This document shows positions 36,469-49,985 of a DNA stretch of 64,000 nt, in pieces. The stretch covers positions 17,918,001 to 17,982,000 of the forward strand of contig CM060732.1 in the NCBI GenBank assembly GCA_030704615.1, written 5' to 3'. Each line of letters begins with the position of its first letter. Within the stretch, counting starts at the first letter, position 1. The DNA is from Takakia lepidozioides (Eukaryota; Plantae; Bryophyta). Below the pieces are notes generated by a model. It ran no database searches. It had not been told where the DNA came from and saw only the letters and a program-made list of their open reading frames with translations. The translations under genes and the position numbers were made by a program.

Positions 36469-39400
36469 TCACCCCAGCCCAACTCCTGCAGCCTCTTGCT
36501 TGCGAGCATCAGGTTTAATGCGTCGTGGCCGAATAATACGGTCAATGAGGCCATAATCTAAAGCTTCCTGAGCACTAAACCGTTTGATGCGGTTTAAATC
36601 CTTGGCAACCTGCAGATCAACATGCCATACTTTAGACACCGTCTATAAGATTGTTTTATTAACATTCAACATGCAGAGAATGTCTGTGTCACAGCTCCAG
36701 TAAGTTACCTTCTCAAGAGGTTGCCCAGTTTTTTTAGCAAGTTGTGCATACACGTAAGCTCTAACACGGATTAGCTCCTTTGCCTCATTCTGTATATCGT
36801 CCGCCTGAAACCACACCCATATCCATCCTTGTTATAAATAGTATGTCATATACAAATTACCCTGATTGGCTAGATTGGCTAGCTGCAGTAGTGGTGTACC
36901 AGCAGCAGATTTGACTGGATGAGCATCAAGACTCTCCAGTGGGCTATTGAGCATGTTGATAGGCAAACAGGATATCTCACATTGCCTAGGACCCACATAA
37001 AGCTCAAACGGAAAGGGAAAAAGAGAGAAACTTGTTAGCTGTGGTTGCCCTCACCATAAGGCTGCCACTTGACCACAGACAAAGACAGGGAAATAACCTG
37101 GCCACGTGCTGCCCCGGCAGGCGATTGAAGAGCAATCCGTGTTAGTGGCATAGCAACCCGCAAACCCTGGCACACCATCCCCCATTTGTTAGCAAGCGCA
37201 GTAAAGAGAGCCTTATCATCAGCCTTTTTGGCCTGTCAAGAACATTCTCTACTTCCCAGCTAGTCAAGTTGCAATTAGAATTTCAAAGATAGGGACAATT
37301 TATGCTTGCAGATTTATGAAATAATAAACTCTCTCAAAGTTTGCTAATAAAAATGCCACTACACATCATAAACATGGTGGCACTTTGCAGGAGACATGTA
37401 ATTCTCTGCTTCTTCCATCCCAACTTCAGTTTTGCTCGATGCACATAACCTTTGGAAATCATCCAAAGACCAATTCTTACCTTAGTACCAGCCCCGAGCA
37501 GGAAGCCTGCATTGTTGTAGGCATAGCCCAAAGCTAAAGTTCCAACTGGACTCTTGATGCTCTCCATGGTGTCATAAATTGCCATTGTAGGTGTCATCTG
37601 CAGCATTTGCAATCCACATATTTGGCAACAAGTCATCGCTGCAACCACTTAGGCGCATGGTATCCACAGTACAATGACGTGGCCTCAATTATCATCTACG
37701 GCTCGAGGAAAATATCTTTCCACGTGCCCTTCTGCATTGATCAGAAGACCATTGCATTGCAGATTGCTTCAAAACATTAGAGTAGGGAAAAAAAGGACGC
37801 ACATCTCCACCTGGGCTGTTGAGGTACAAGTACAAGGGTTTGGTATTGTCCATGCTGTCCAGGTAGAGCATGGTGGCCAAAACTTGGTTTGCGAACTCCT
37901 CATCAATATACTGACCTATGAAGATAATTCGCTCCCGGTACTGTACACCCGTCCAAACATCACATAATCAGCAACTATGAGAGAATGAACTCACGAGACG
38001 TTGTTTGCCGTAGCCTTCTGGTCATATAGACCCCATGCCCAGTTTGGGCGGAACAAGAGGGAACAGACACTACCTTTGTGCGGGGCTCACTTGAGTAGTG
38101 GGACTTACCTTGGTATAAACAATTGGTTCAGGCTTTCTAGATTTCCTCTAGAAAGCCTTCACACAAGCATCAATCTGCTGTGTGAGCTGCCCAGCAATTA
38201 GACCCCCACCAGGGGTACCCAATAAAAATGCCCAGATGCACTGTTCGGGTTTTGGGGTGGCTTGTAGTCTAAAGAGGCTATTACACTAGTCAGGCCAATA
38301 GTAGTAATACGCTGTTTTCCATGTCATGGCCCCCACAAGGCCGAACATATGCCCTAGCAATCAATGCTTCCAGGGGTCATCTCTTTAGCACAGGAGAGAG
38401 GGTACATACCAAAACATTCCAAATATCAACCCATTGCCATCCCCCTTCTTGTGGAGTGCGATAGGGTACTTTCGGTGTACCAATCGGCATCATTGTGACC
38501 TGCGCACGGCATGCTGCCTGACCCCCACCCCTGCAGCAGTAAAGTTCATGTCGTTCAGATCAGGAGCTCTCATATCTGAATCTAAGCCCGCAAGTCTTGA
38601 CCCTGCTGGATAAATCTGCCTTAGAGGCTGTAGTGTCCAAAGCCATGTTTGTTGTGTGATGAAAATGAAGTTAGGCAGAAAACTTCCCTGAACTTGTTTC
38701 CAGTCTGTGACATGGGAGAGGCCATCATGGATGACCTCAAGGGTTTACCCACCCTCTGCACTAGACTGATATTTAAACTCAGGGCGGGAAGCCTGCCTTC
38801 GAACAGCAAACAGATGCAGAGAGGAAAGAGGGATTGCAAATGCCCGTTGTGTGGGCAACCTGAAGACAATATTTATTTTCTGATTCATTTTCCTGGGTAC
38901 TCTCATGAGAGAGACGCCCTCTTCAAATCCATCAAGGGAATTGTGCCTGAACCTCTGTTTACCAACTTTGAAAGTCTCAAGGCTGAGCCAAAAGCCCAAG
39001 CCCTTTTGGGGCCTAGTTATTAGGCAAACCACACACAGCAGATTGATGCTTGTGTGAAGGGATTTCTAGAGGATATCTGGAAAACTCGGATTAATAATCT
39101 GTTCCAAGGTAAGTTATACTACCAGCGTCAGCCCCTGACAAAGGTAGTTTCTGTCCCTTTTGAGTTACGCTCAAACTGAGCGCGGGGTCAATGGCCACAA
39201 GGCTACGGCAAACACCGTCTTATGAGTACATTCTCACTCATATCTGAAGGCCGCAAGGCTACGGCACACAACGTCTTATGTACACTTTTTTTTTTTTTCT
39301 ATAGTATCTGAATATTAGTCCAGAAGGATTGACCCTACTGGATGAAGCTGACCTGGAGGGCGGGGAGCCTACCTTCGAAAAATAAACAAATACGTTAGTT

Positions 39401-41201
39401 GGCTTGGTACGTGTCCTGGCGCTAAGCACTCAACTGGTAATGACACTTGTCCAAGTACTAGACCTTGTCTTGGACAGACGTCTTGTATGGGAATTCCAAA
39501 CACCAGACTGAGTCTGAGCACCCTGAAAATAAAAAAACTGAAAGCAATCAGACATTGATGGAAGAAAGCTCTCAGACATGTAGATTACCTGGTGTGCACA
39601 ACTTGCCTAACTTGATCATGGAAAGAAGCTGTAAGGTCTTGCCTTTGCCCATTGAGTATACTGCCTGTTTAAAAAGAAGCACAAATAAGTGCCTGTATCT
39701 GTGCATCACACTTACGCAGGAAACAGCATCATGTAAACTTCCCACCACATACCCTCTGTCCCTCAATGACCATCATGACCTCAAATCCTGAAACAGCTTC
39801 TCCTTACTGGTGTTCAAAAACAGCTCAGATATTGGAACCCAATATGGCTGCAATACTCACCGTACAAATTGTGTGTGCCTTACAAAACAGCTCAAAATTT
39901 GAGGGAGTGAAACCAGACAATAGGCTTGGCCATGTCCACAACTTGCCCTAGAAGGCAGCTGATTTTGCCAAATTAAGGGGTGATGGTGACATGGTAGAAG
40001 AACAGCACTCATCCAGTCTGGTGATTTCAGTACTTACACTTCAAATTCTACAGCTTCAACACAGAAGGGGATCAAAGTTGTACAAGGATTCTTCCAGGAA
40101 AGTGCCTTGTATTCTCCAACCTCTTACATGGGCCAAAAAATAGCTCTGATGGGCGATGTTCAGGTCACAGTCTACAATCAGACATTCATGGACAATAGAC
40201 TTGTGTTCAACTATTTGGATAGCGTGATAAGCTTCAATCGTACTAGAGCTCTGACTTGCACATGCCAATATATTTTCTGATTTGTGGACAGTGAACTTAT
40301 GTTCAACATTTAGGAGGGCTAATAAGCTTCAACCATAACTACAGCTTGCATATACCAATACTGCCGAGGGCCATGTTTCTTCTTTAACCTACCACGGTGA
40401 TAGGTTGCCAGTAATCTGTATCTCACTTACATCCTCCATTTTATCACCTGACCAAAACCCTGAACCCAAAACCCAACTTGAAGGGGGCAGTGACATTCCA
40501 TGTTTTCCGCGAGCACATGGTCTTGAAAGCAACCCGCTTTGCTGCTACTAAGACGTCTGAAAGTTTGCAGACATAGGTAGATTGGAAGGAGGTGTTCAAG
40601 GCAAAATATACACTCACTCGCTTGAATAGCTCGAAGCCCAGTATGACTAGCAATGGCATTCCCTGAACTGGCTGGTAGATCAACAGCCCTTACAGAACTC
40701 CTGGGCACCCTGCACACCATAAAACCCCACACTTGAATAGAAATTGTATTCATAACATGAGTACATTTCATAAGTAGGAGCCCTGTCTGGTGAGAGTTAA
40801 AAATTGGCCAGACCAATTCCAATTCACCTCGACACTTTGGTCACCAGCCCTCGACCCGCATTTGTTGATATTCCCTCACCGCTCTCTCTCCCCTCTTGAT
40901 CGTTATTGAGACCCCCCTACTGAGCGGACTCAGTGTTCCACATTTGGCTATGCAAAAAATTATTCCACAACAAAATCTCTTCCTCTCCTCTCTCACACTC
41001 TCTGTCTCCTTAACTCTCACACACACAGACACACATGATCACACATTGAATCCGCGGACAAACCTAAACACAGAAAATACACAACACATCTACACTTACC
41101 CCAAAAGAGAAAAACCCCCATATCGACCGAGCCCGTGCCCAGGGAATCCCTCACCTGAGAATAGAACCGGGTAGGCAAGGTGGGCAAACGATGGACGCCA
41201 T
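36469..41201 (-). CDS. CLPR2: Plastid Clp protease non-catalytic subunit ClpR2, about 9 exons
   Basis: [100 protein letters not shown]. Confidence 0.95.
37978..38191 (-). mobile_element. 5'-truncated LINE 3' end in a ClpR2 intron
   Basis: Reverse complement matches about 39030-39236 (cacacagcagattgatgcttgtgtgaagg..ccaaggtaag..ggctacggcaaac). Near-TSD: cagcaacta / cagcaatta. Confidence 0.85.
38581..39300 (+). mobile_element. 5'-truncated LINE (C-terminal zinc finger and 3' UTR) plus a second tiny 3'-end copy, in a ClpR2 intron
   Basis: [34 protein letters not shown]. Flanked by CTCATATCTGAA at 38569-38580 and 39237-39248. The short copy at 39249-39300 ends in a T-run. Confidence 0.85.
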
Positions 41202-41498
41202 AGCTGGAGCAAGCAAGCTGGGAATCTGTAAGCCCAGTGTGGCCTTTACCTGCCCAGCCGTGCGTCCAGCGACGCCGTCGCTTGGACTTGTTTTCATCGC
41301 TCTACTTTGCAGCCCCCAACGCGACCCCGTCGGCAGCACACGATTCCTAAATCTCGACTGTAGAATACAATTTCCAGATATGTGAATCTTATCCGTCCAT
41401 TATAGATACACTAGACGGCCAAGATAGGGAATCATCTAGGCCTTAGGATACTTGGCAAATGCATAGAAATCGTGAGAGTCTACTAATAAGTATATCAC

Positions 41499-41517
41499 GG
41501 TTTAGGGTTTAGGGTTT
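41499..41517 (-). promoter_or_regulatory. Tandem telo-boxes in the ClpR2/PheRS-beta divergent promoter
   Basis: ggtttagggtttagggttt is AAACCCTAAACCCTAAACC on the - strand, about 120 bp upstream of the PheRS ATG. Confidence 0.65.
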
Positions 41518-41633
41518 CGGTTGTGCGCAGGGTGTGCATTCTTCGGGTTTTAGGCTCTCTCTCTTGTTTATCTGAGTGAGGGAAGGTGCTCGATCCATAG
41601 GAGAAGGAGGGAGGGTGTGTCTGGAAGGGCGCT

Positions 41634-44600
41634 ATGCCGACTGTGAGCGTGGGCCGCGACCTCCTCTACGCAGCATTGAAGCAGGAATACTGTAATTTCC
41701 ACTCTTTTCATCCTTTTGTGTTTAATTAAATGGAGATAGGTGCATCCCCTGCAGTTTGTGTGAAGGTTTGTATCATTCATTTCCTGGCATCATCTCTTTG
41801 TGTCTGGAAGCTGTTAGCGTGGTCTGATTTTCCAACAACATTGCCTCTGGTTTGGAAGCCCGCATATCACAGCATCAATTATGGTCACTTGGAAGATTAA
41901 TTAGGCGTAAGTGTATGTTTTCAATTCCCTTTCGATATCTTCTAGATCGTGTTTAGAATAGTATTGTTGCGATTAAGTCGTTTTCCGTCCCAGGTATTTT
42001 TATAGTGAGGATGGAGAACTTTGCAGAATGTGCGTTAGACTCATTTTTATTTCACTGGTGCAGCTGAAGAAGAATTTGACGAGCTTTGTTTTGAGTATGG
42101 TATCGAGCTCGACGAAGTGGTGAATTCTCTTTCCCAGAATGTGATGACGAGGTTCGAGAGTAGATCTTCAGTTGACTAGTGATGTTTTCATTTCCAGACA
42201 CAACCTAAAAGGATTATTTGGGCCTAAATTTTGGGCAGACATCAGCGGAGGAGATAGTACGCAAGGAGAAACATTTGGATACGAAAAAGAGCAAGGATGA
42301 GGAGGTCATCTACAAGATTGATGTGCCTGCTAACCGGTTTGTCTTACTCTTTCCACTTGCCTCCTCACATTCCATCTGTCAATTGTGATGCTAAAATTGG
42401 AACTGTTTGAGTATAAAGGTATGATTTTGAAGGGCCTAGTGCTGTGGTTTGCTGATGCCTGGAGCACCCCTTTTGTGTTACACGAACCTCCTTGCCTTGC
42501 TGCCAAAAACGCGCCATGAGGATGTACAGCTACCAAAGAATTAAATCCAAAGGGAACCATGATGACATTGCCTGGATTAAAGTACCACAATTATGGCTTT
42601 AGGAGGCTGGGTGGCAATGGCCTTGCCTTGACTTGATAGACAGCTGACCAGACTTGGAATTCCATCATCCTGGAGGATAGAATGCATTGTCTTTAGCATT
42701 GCATGTTGTCTGGTTTATCCTGTCCACAGTCCGAGAGGCTGTGAGGAGGGACACCATTACTTGCCTTGAGCTGGATCATAGTATACTCAGAGTTCAAAAG
42801 CAAGGGTGCTTCTCCAACTGAAAATCTCAACATTTGAACACTTCACTTGACTGGCTGTCTCCTAACAGGCTATTAGCACTGAGGACTCACTTAGAAGTGG
42901 GCAGAATCTAGGAGGCCTTAATGTTAAATGAAGAAGTTCTGGCGTTTTTCCTTGGATTGGCTTGAAGCCAAAACTAGGATAGTCTAGCAGCAGCGACAGC
43001 ACTAAAAATTTCCCTACCTCTCTGTCAATGTGCAGATATGATTTGCTGTGCCTTGAAGGACTTGCCAGGGCACTGCGGATCTTCACTGGGAAGGAGCCAG
43101 TCCCTACTTTCCAGCTTGCAAACATACCAAGCAAGTCTGTGCAGAGGGTGGTTGTGAAACCTGAGGTATTCCACAGCAGCTGCTCTTATGCACTGTTATC
43201 TTTCTTGCCCTTTTACAGGGAATGGTCGGGTGGGGTGGATGTCCTACCCTGTTTGCGTGTCCAGTAATGCATACTAGTTTATGAATGGAGAGCTGAACCA
43301 GTGCCTGTATGTTTGACTGTTCTCCAGATACACATCCTTGTGTTGGTGAGGGTGCCACTACCTGAGCCCAGTGTGAGTGCACTGTTCAATATAATTTGTT
43401 ATCACTCTTCCGGACAGAAAATGTTAAATCTTTTATGCTGGGGCAGACGGCGTTGATTAGGCCATTTGTTGTGTGTGCGGTTTTGAGGGGAGTTACGTTA
43501 AATGAAGCTCGCTACAACAGCTTCATTGATCTTCAAGACAAACTCCACCAAAACCTGTGCAGGTAATGGTGAAAGGGTCAAAACATATGCTTTCAAATAA
43601 TGGTTAGCACAAGATTTACACCAGGGTTCCCACTAAGTAGGGTAGGAGCTACTCCTGTCCATAGCAAGTCTCTCTCGAGTGATGAGCAAGTACTGAGATT
43701 TTGGAGCTGCGGAGTAAAGGAGTTATGGACCCAATTTTACTTGAAGCTGTCCAAATGTTCTCATTTCCATCAAGGGAGACCAACTCTAGTGGGATTGATA
43801 ACAGGGATGACAAGGTTCATGATTTAGACCCTGTGAGAGGGGAACATGACTGACGTCATGTCTAACTGGTGACAAACCAATATTTGCTTTCAGTGGTCAA
43901 CATCATGACCACTGACAAGTGGGTATGCTGCTACCAGTCCAGTAGTAAAGTTGCAATGTGTTGTCTGTGCAGAAAGAGGACGCTTGTAGCTATCGGAACT
44001 CATGACCTTGACAAACTACAAGGGCCTTTCACCTATGAGGCAAGATGTGACCTCGAAGTGCCCATGAGAGTGTTGTCATTATATAATATCGAGAGATGTC
44101 TGCAGAGATTGTGTTTCAGGATGCCAGGGTGGGTCTTTAGTTGTGTTCTGTTATTGATGAATGTGTTGAGGGACAGTCTTACCTTGCAGGGAAGGAGCAC
44201 AGTGTTTTTCTGACAGTGGGTTCTCTGGTTGCAGGCACTACCTCCAGCTGAAATCAAGTTTACTCCACTGAAACAGGTATGCATCGATTCATTTGTCCAC
44301 TTCAAGGGAAGCCTGTGCCAGGGAGGAATTAGTAAAAATCTGTTCCGGTCTTGGACAGGATTGATCAAATCATGTGGATAGCTGATTTGCTATGTCGAAT
44401 TTGTGGGGTGAGTGCAGAGCAAAGTGTTTACAGCTGCAGAGCTTATGGAATTCTACAAGGTATTTTATGCTCAACCCATATTGCCAATCTTCACTCGCAT
44501 AGATAAAAGTGTTGGTTCACCAATAATGAGTTAACATCTACGGTCTCTCGAATATGAAAGACGTCTTAACATCTGTCACTTGTATTGGGTGGTGGCAGTC

Positions 44601-47600
44601 CGATATGAAACTCAAGAAGTTTCTAAGCATCATTGAGAGTTCCCCTGTCTACCCTGTCCTGTATGACAGTAACAGGTAAACCGTATGTTGTCTTTTCCGT
44701 ATCCATGCAATTGCTGATACATAACAATTCTCGTTGATATCCATTTGTCCCACTTTTCCCCATCCTGTATTCTATTTGACGATGGGTTTGGGAGAGCAAA
44801 GAAGAGAGCAGTGGTTGGGTGCTGCTCTAGAGGCCTCGTTGACTTCGAATGAGGTGACTCTCAGGGTTTGCATTGGAGGGATTCAAGCAGGTTGTGCTTA
44901 TAGTTGGTGCTTGTGATTGTACTCAGGACGGTTCTGTCACTTCCGCCGATTATCAATGGGGCACACTCTGCTATCACTTTACAAACAAAGAATGTTTTCA
45001 TTGAGTGCACAGCTACAGATCTGACTAAGGCGAAAATTGTGCTAAACACTATGGTAGGTGGAACTAAACTCACTAGCAGAGCCCTCTCGGAGTTTCTGTG
45101 CACTATTTAGTGTTGAGTCATTTTTGTCTGTATCTTTGACAAGCAATCGTTAATTGTTTATGAAAGGCTAGGAGAGAGCTGTGTGAGCTCTGGAATAAGG
45201 TTTTCACCAAATTGGAAGGATTGGTATTTATGGCCACACGACTAAGGCGTTGGCATTGTTTTACTGCGCACGTGTACATTATGTACTGACATGGAACTCT
45301 AAGATTAGTAACGATAGCAATTTCTAATGGGAGGAGCTGTTGGAAATTCAGGTTACTATGTTTTCTGAATATAGTGCTCAGAAGTTTGAAGTGGAGCCTG
45401 TTGAGGTCGTCTCGCCAGCTGGGACGTCAACATTGTATCCAGATCTCTCAGTTCGCTCTTTTGAAGTTGACATGTCTTACATCAACAGTACCATTGGAAT
45501 TTCGTTAGAAGCTCAAAATGTGAGTGAAGGCTGCCTTAATGAGAACCACTTCCACTCTTTCTACTCTTTGCACAGCAACTACATCATACTTCCAAATTGA
45601 CTTAGATGACCTGGTTGGTATGGAAAAGGTCAGGTCAAGAGGTGATCAGAGGTCAGTCCACTGTTCCCTATCATAGTGTAGTTAACTATGCCAGAACGCC
45701 CTTCCCAGCCATAGCATATGGTTCAAATGGGCCCATGTTGGCTAGGTGAATTTGCCCAAACCTGATGTCGTATCCCTGTATACTAGCCCTAGTTGTACAC
45801 AAGTCCACGTCAGTGATTGAAAAGCTGTTGGTTGACTGAGTGTATTGGTGAAACAGGTTGCTGAGCTACTGAACAGAATGCAGCTACCCTCACAGGTGGA
45901 ATCTTCTAGCAAAATAAGCATTTCTGTGCCACCTACCAGAAGTGACATACTGCATGCATGTGATGTAGCAGAGGTAAATATCTGTGTTGCAGCTTCTTTT
46001 CTCTTATGTCTGAGTCAGTTTTGTGTTTATCCTGTGAAGTAGCTTGAATGAATAGCCCCCTTATTAGGTGTGTGTGCTAGAGGCTCTGTTTTCTGATCTA
46101 TTTCAAACTGAGTGACAGGATGTTGCAATCGCATATGGATACAATAATATTGCAAGGACAGTACCAAATTCACACACGCAAGGCAAGCAGCAACCACTGA
46201 ATCACTTCAGCGATTTGGTCAGAGTAGAGGTATATATTGTTTTCTTCAAGTGAGGCGTCAATGTCTGTTTGTTTGATCAGTCTGGGCACTGAGCTTGTGA
46301 TGGTTGGAGTCCTGTTTCTATCAGTGGCATGGCATGATGATATCATGGTTTGAACTCTGATGCTGTTTCCAGAAGTATCTGCCATCGGTTAATGTTATCT
46401 CAGATGCAGAGAAAGGAGAACAGTAAAAGCATATCTTTAGATCTCCACTTTTCTTTGGGGTTGTTCTCTCTAGTAGTTCTTGGTACATTAGCTTAATTTT
46501 GATCTTTCTGGTACATTCTCTGCCGTTGCCCAGAGGAGGTATGTCTTTCTTTTGAACAGCGACTCAAACACCTGCAGAGAAGTAAGACCCAATGAAATGG
46601 ATTGAAAATCTGACAGAAAGCTTAGACTTACTGGATAAATGAAGCTGGTGGCATTGAGACAGGTATATTTAAAGAACTCAGTATAACCTGTTTTTCTGAT
46701 TTTGCATGCAGATTGCAATGGCTGGGTTTACAGAGGTTGTTACTTGGATTCTGTGCTCACGTGATGATAATTTCAGCATGGTGAATCGAGAAGATGATGG
46801 CAACACTGCGGTTATTGTGGGGAATCCTCGTACTTCTGAATTTGAGGTACGTAGCCAGGCCAAAGTGGCTTATCATTTTGGTCACCCCGCAGGTCTTGAT
46901 TTCATTGGCTCAGCAAAGATGCTGTGTTACGCAGAGACTGACCAGCAGCATTGTTTGTACAGGTAGTCCGCACCAGCCTGCTACCAGGTATCTTGAAGAC
47001 AATGGGTCACAATAAGGATGCGCCCCGACCCATTAAGGTTGGTTTTACTCTTTTCCTGGCTCCCTCTTTTCCAGAGATGGGAAAGAATCTTTGACTCATT
47101 CTCCTCTGCTCTGAAGCTGGTTTGGAGGTCTGGCCATAATGGTGGCTAACATGTGAACTCATGTGACAGCTGTTCGAGGTGTCTGATGTGGTCAGACTGG
47201 ATGGCAACAAGGATGTGGGTGCTGCCAATCACAGGCATCTTGCCGCTTTGTATTGCAATCATAAATCAGGATTTGAGGTACTCTCAAGTTCTTCTGTCAT
47301 GTCTCCCTCTGATTTCCTGTTTTCTAATCATTGGTGTTTTTTTTGTCTCAATTTGTGAGAGAAGCCATCCATATGAATGATCTGGAGTTCCTGGGAAAAT
47401 TTGCTCTCTGTACTTGACTAATGGTTCTCTAAGGTAGCCTAAGTCATAATTTGGGAGGCGGGAAAATAGGTCATCCATGGACTCCTGGACAGAATAATGC
47501 AAGTTGTGGGTGTGCGTGCTGCTGACTTTGATAATACAACTGGAACCTACAGTGAGGGGTACTACATCACCCCTTCTCAAGTAAGGCTGCTCACCAACTA

Positions 47601-48470
47601 TCTGCATCTTGTGCTAGAGATGGACGACACGATGGTGGTGAGGCGGATGTTGGGTATGTGGGCATGTATGTGGCAATGTCTAAGCAAGAATTCAGCACTG
47701 ATGTAGCTGCATTACTCTCTTCTGTGAAGGACTTAGCATTTTGTAAGATCCATAGGTTTAATAATAATGGGGGAAAAGATTTGGTTATTATACTTGTAGA
47801 AAGAGGCCTGGTAAATAACAGGAATGGTAGGGGGAGCAAGTCGGTTTGCTTTACATGATTCCTCCAAGAAGCTCTTCTTGATTGGTGGAAATTTCTAAAA
47901 TTGATGGGCTGGAGAAGGTTCTTGAGAGTTCTCACAGTAGTTTGTGAGAATGTGAAGTAGACATCAATGAAGCCTGCTTGCTCTCTAGGCCTCATTGTGT
48001 GGGGCTGCGTCCTTACCAACCTTAAACCAGATACAGGACGATAAAGTGTGCCTCACTTTATGTTCGACTCAGCATGTTCATAATTTGGGATCTTTAAGAT
48101 TCAGGCCTTCTTGAGAACAGGCTGATCCGGAAGGTGTGTTTCCACTACAGGAACCTGAATTTTTCACTGGTCGCCAAGCCAACATTATGTTCAAGGGATC
48201 CCGCATTGGGACCTTTGGCATTATGCATCCAGAGGTCAGTTTCTTAGCTCTCACCTCATTTGGTTTTCAATGGTTATGTGACTGGGCATGTGTATGGGAG
48301 TCTGCTACACAGAAAGATCTAGGAATCTACTGAAATATTCAAAGAGCATTGTCCGAGGGCTTACTGTAATGAGCTGATGATTTTGTATGTCCTGTATGTA
48401 GGTGCTGCTGCGCTTTGATATTTCAGATCCATGCTCAGCGGTGGAAATAGACATTGAACGCCTCCTGTAG
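41634..48470 (+). CDS. FARSB: Cytosolic phenylalanyl-tRNA synthetase beta subunit, multi-exon
   Basis: [112 protein letters not shown]. Stop TAG at 48468-48470. Confidence 0.97.
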
Positions 48471-49985
48471 CGAAATCAAATCCATGATGGTTACTTCTCT
48501 GGGTCTAGAGATAGCTATTATTTTCGTGGCCGAAGCCACACTCCATTCTGATTACCTCCTATTGATTGCCGTCAATTTTGAATACTATATGCAGATTAGT
48601 TTATATATGTTCCTGATATGATCAGGTAGGGGACAAGGTTTGAGGTGACAGGAGTAGTCAAACAAAACATGAGACGGATTTTTGGTGCCATAACCCTTGT
48701 TGACAGACAGAGTCTTCGATTGGTTGGTAGTCAAGTCTCTTTGAATGTTTGAAGCAGCTGTAGCTACGTTGAGACTTCACCAGTCTCACAACAGAGACTC
48801 TACTTGATGAATTGTATCGTGACACTGCCAGCCACATATATTTAAGGTTGGATTACAGGACCAGATTCAAACAGGATATTTGGAAATGGCTTTGCTAGAT
48901 GGAACCAATTGGGCGGCTTGTGCTCAATTCCAGTTCACAAGTTTCTTTGCATCCACACTATGCTCTGGAGCAAAAGCAAAACTGTCCGGGATGTGTACAT
49001 CTGGACACAATATGCACTAGTTCCCAATACCAAACACCTATTTCGACTTAACAAGTCTGAGATCCAGTAGCATTGACAAGTGGGTCTATTTGGGCTAGTG
49101 GTATTGTGCAGTGCAGCCCTACCCTACTGTGAGTAGCCCTAGCCAGCAAAGACATGTATGTCATCTTTCAGGTACCCCGCCACTGACAGTGATGGTGTAG
49201 AGTGTAGAGTCCGAACGAATTCTTTCTCTAAATGTTACTGGAAAAACTCTAAAGTATTCCATGATGATAAGTATCAGAGGGCAAAGAGATAGACAGTGAA
49301 AATAAGCCAAATCCTCAATGGCTGGCTGGCGTTGTCCTCTTCTCCTTTCTACCATGACCACTCATAGATATATGTTGCTGATCACCAACCCTCTCCCAAC
49401 TACACCTGCTGACCAAGAAGTATGCCCGACGAGCATAGGGGAGTAAAAGAATGAGCATGAATTCCATGAAAGGTGGATAGTAATAACATAGATGCCATCA
49501 TAATATTTACTCGGAGAGTCAGCATAACTCTTGCAAACAATGTGGGTGACAGGTCGCGGAAACAAACCCAAGGAATGGCTTTCCAACACAGATGTCTGGT
49601 CATGATCTAGTGCACATTAATCCAACCTGCATACCCACTGAAATCACTGAGAACAGCGGAACAAAGGTCAGCTTCTCCACTCTTGAACCTCCTCTTGTTT
49701 CAGAATGCCAAACAAGTTAGAAAGACACATGGATGCATCAGTAGACAGAGCACACGCAATATATTCAAGTCAAACAAGCACAGCAAGGGCATGAGAAATG
49801 ACTAGAGAACCTTGCAAAGATGAGAAGATCGAATCCAACCGCTCCTCACCCTGCTTCCTCTCCGGATCAAAGACAATCTCCCTACCCTGCTCTCTAGATC
49901 GAATTTCAAACAGCTTTTTACTTAAAAATGATGTTTACTCCAAAAATGTCTCCATTTCCCTCCCTCTCTGATTGCTCTCTCTGAA

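Noticed and set aside
39200-39236. Hammerhead ribozyme core (cttatgag)
   Set aside because: It does not match CUGANGA and has no properly placed GAAA or cleavage triplet.
22179-41201. Functional plastid cluster of HDS, ClpR2 and PPR genes
   Set aside because: Unrelated genes are interspersed and nothing in the sequence indicates co-regulation; chance adjacency is sufficient.
45229-45250. Further LINE tail copy (atggccacacgactaaggc)
   Set aside because: The match is too short and lacks the hairpin and tail.
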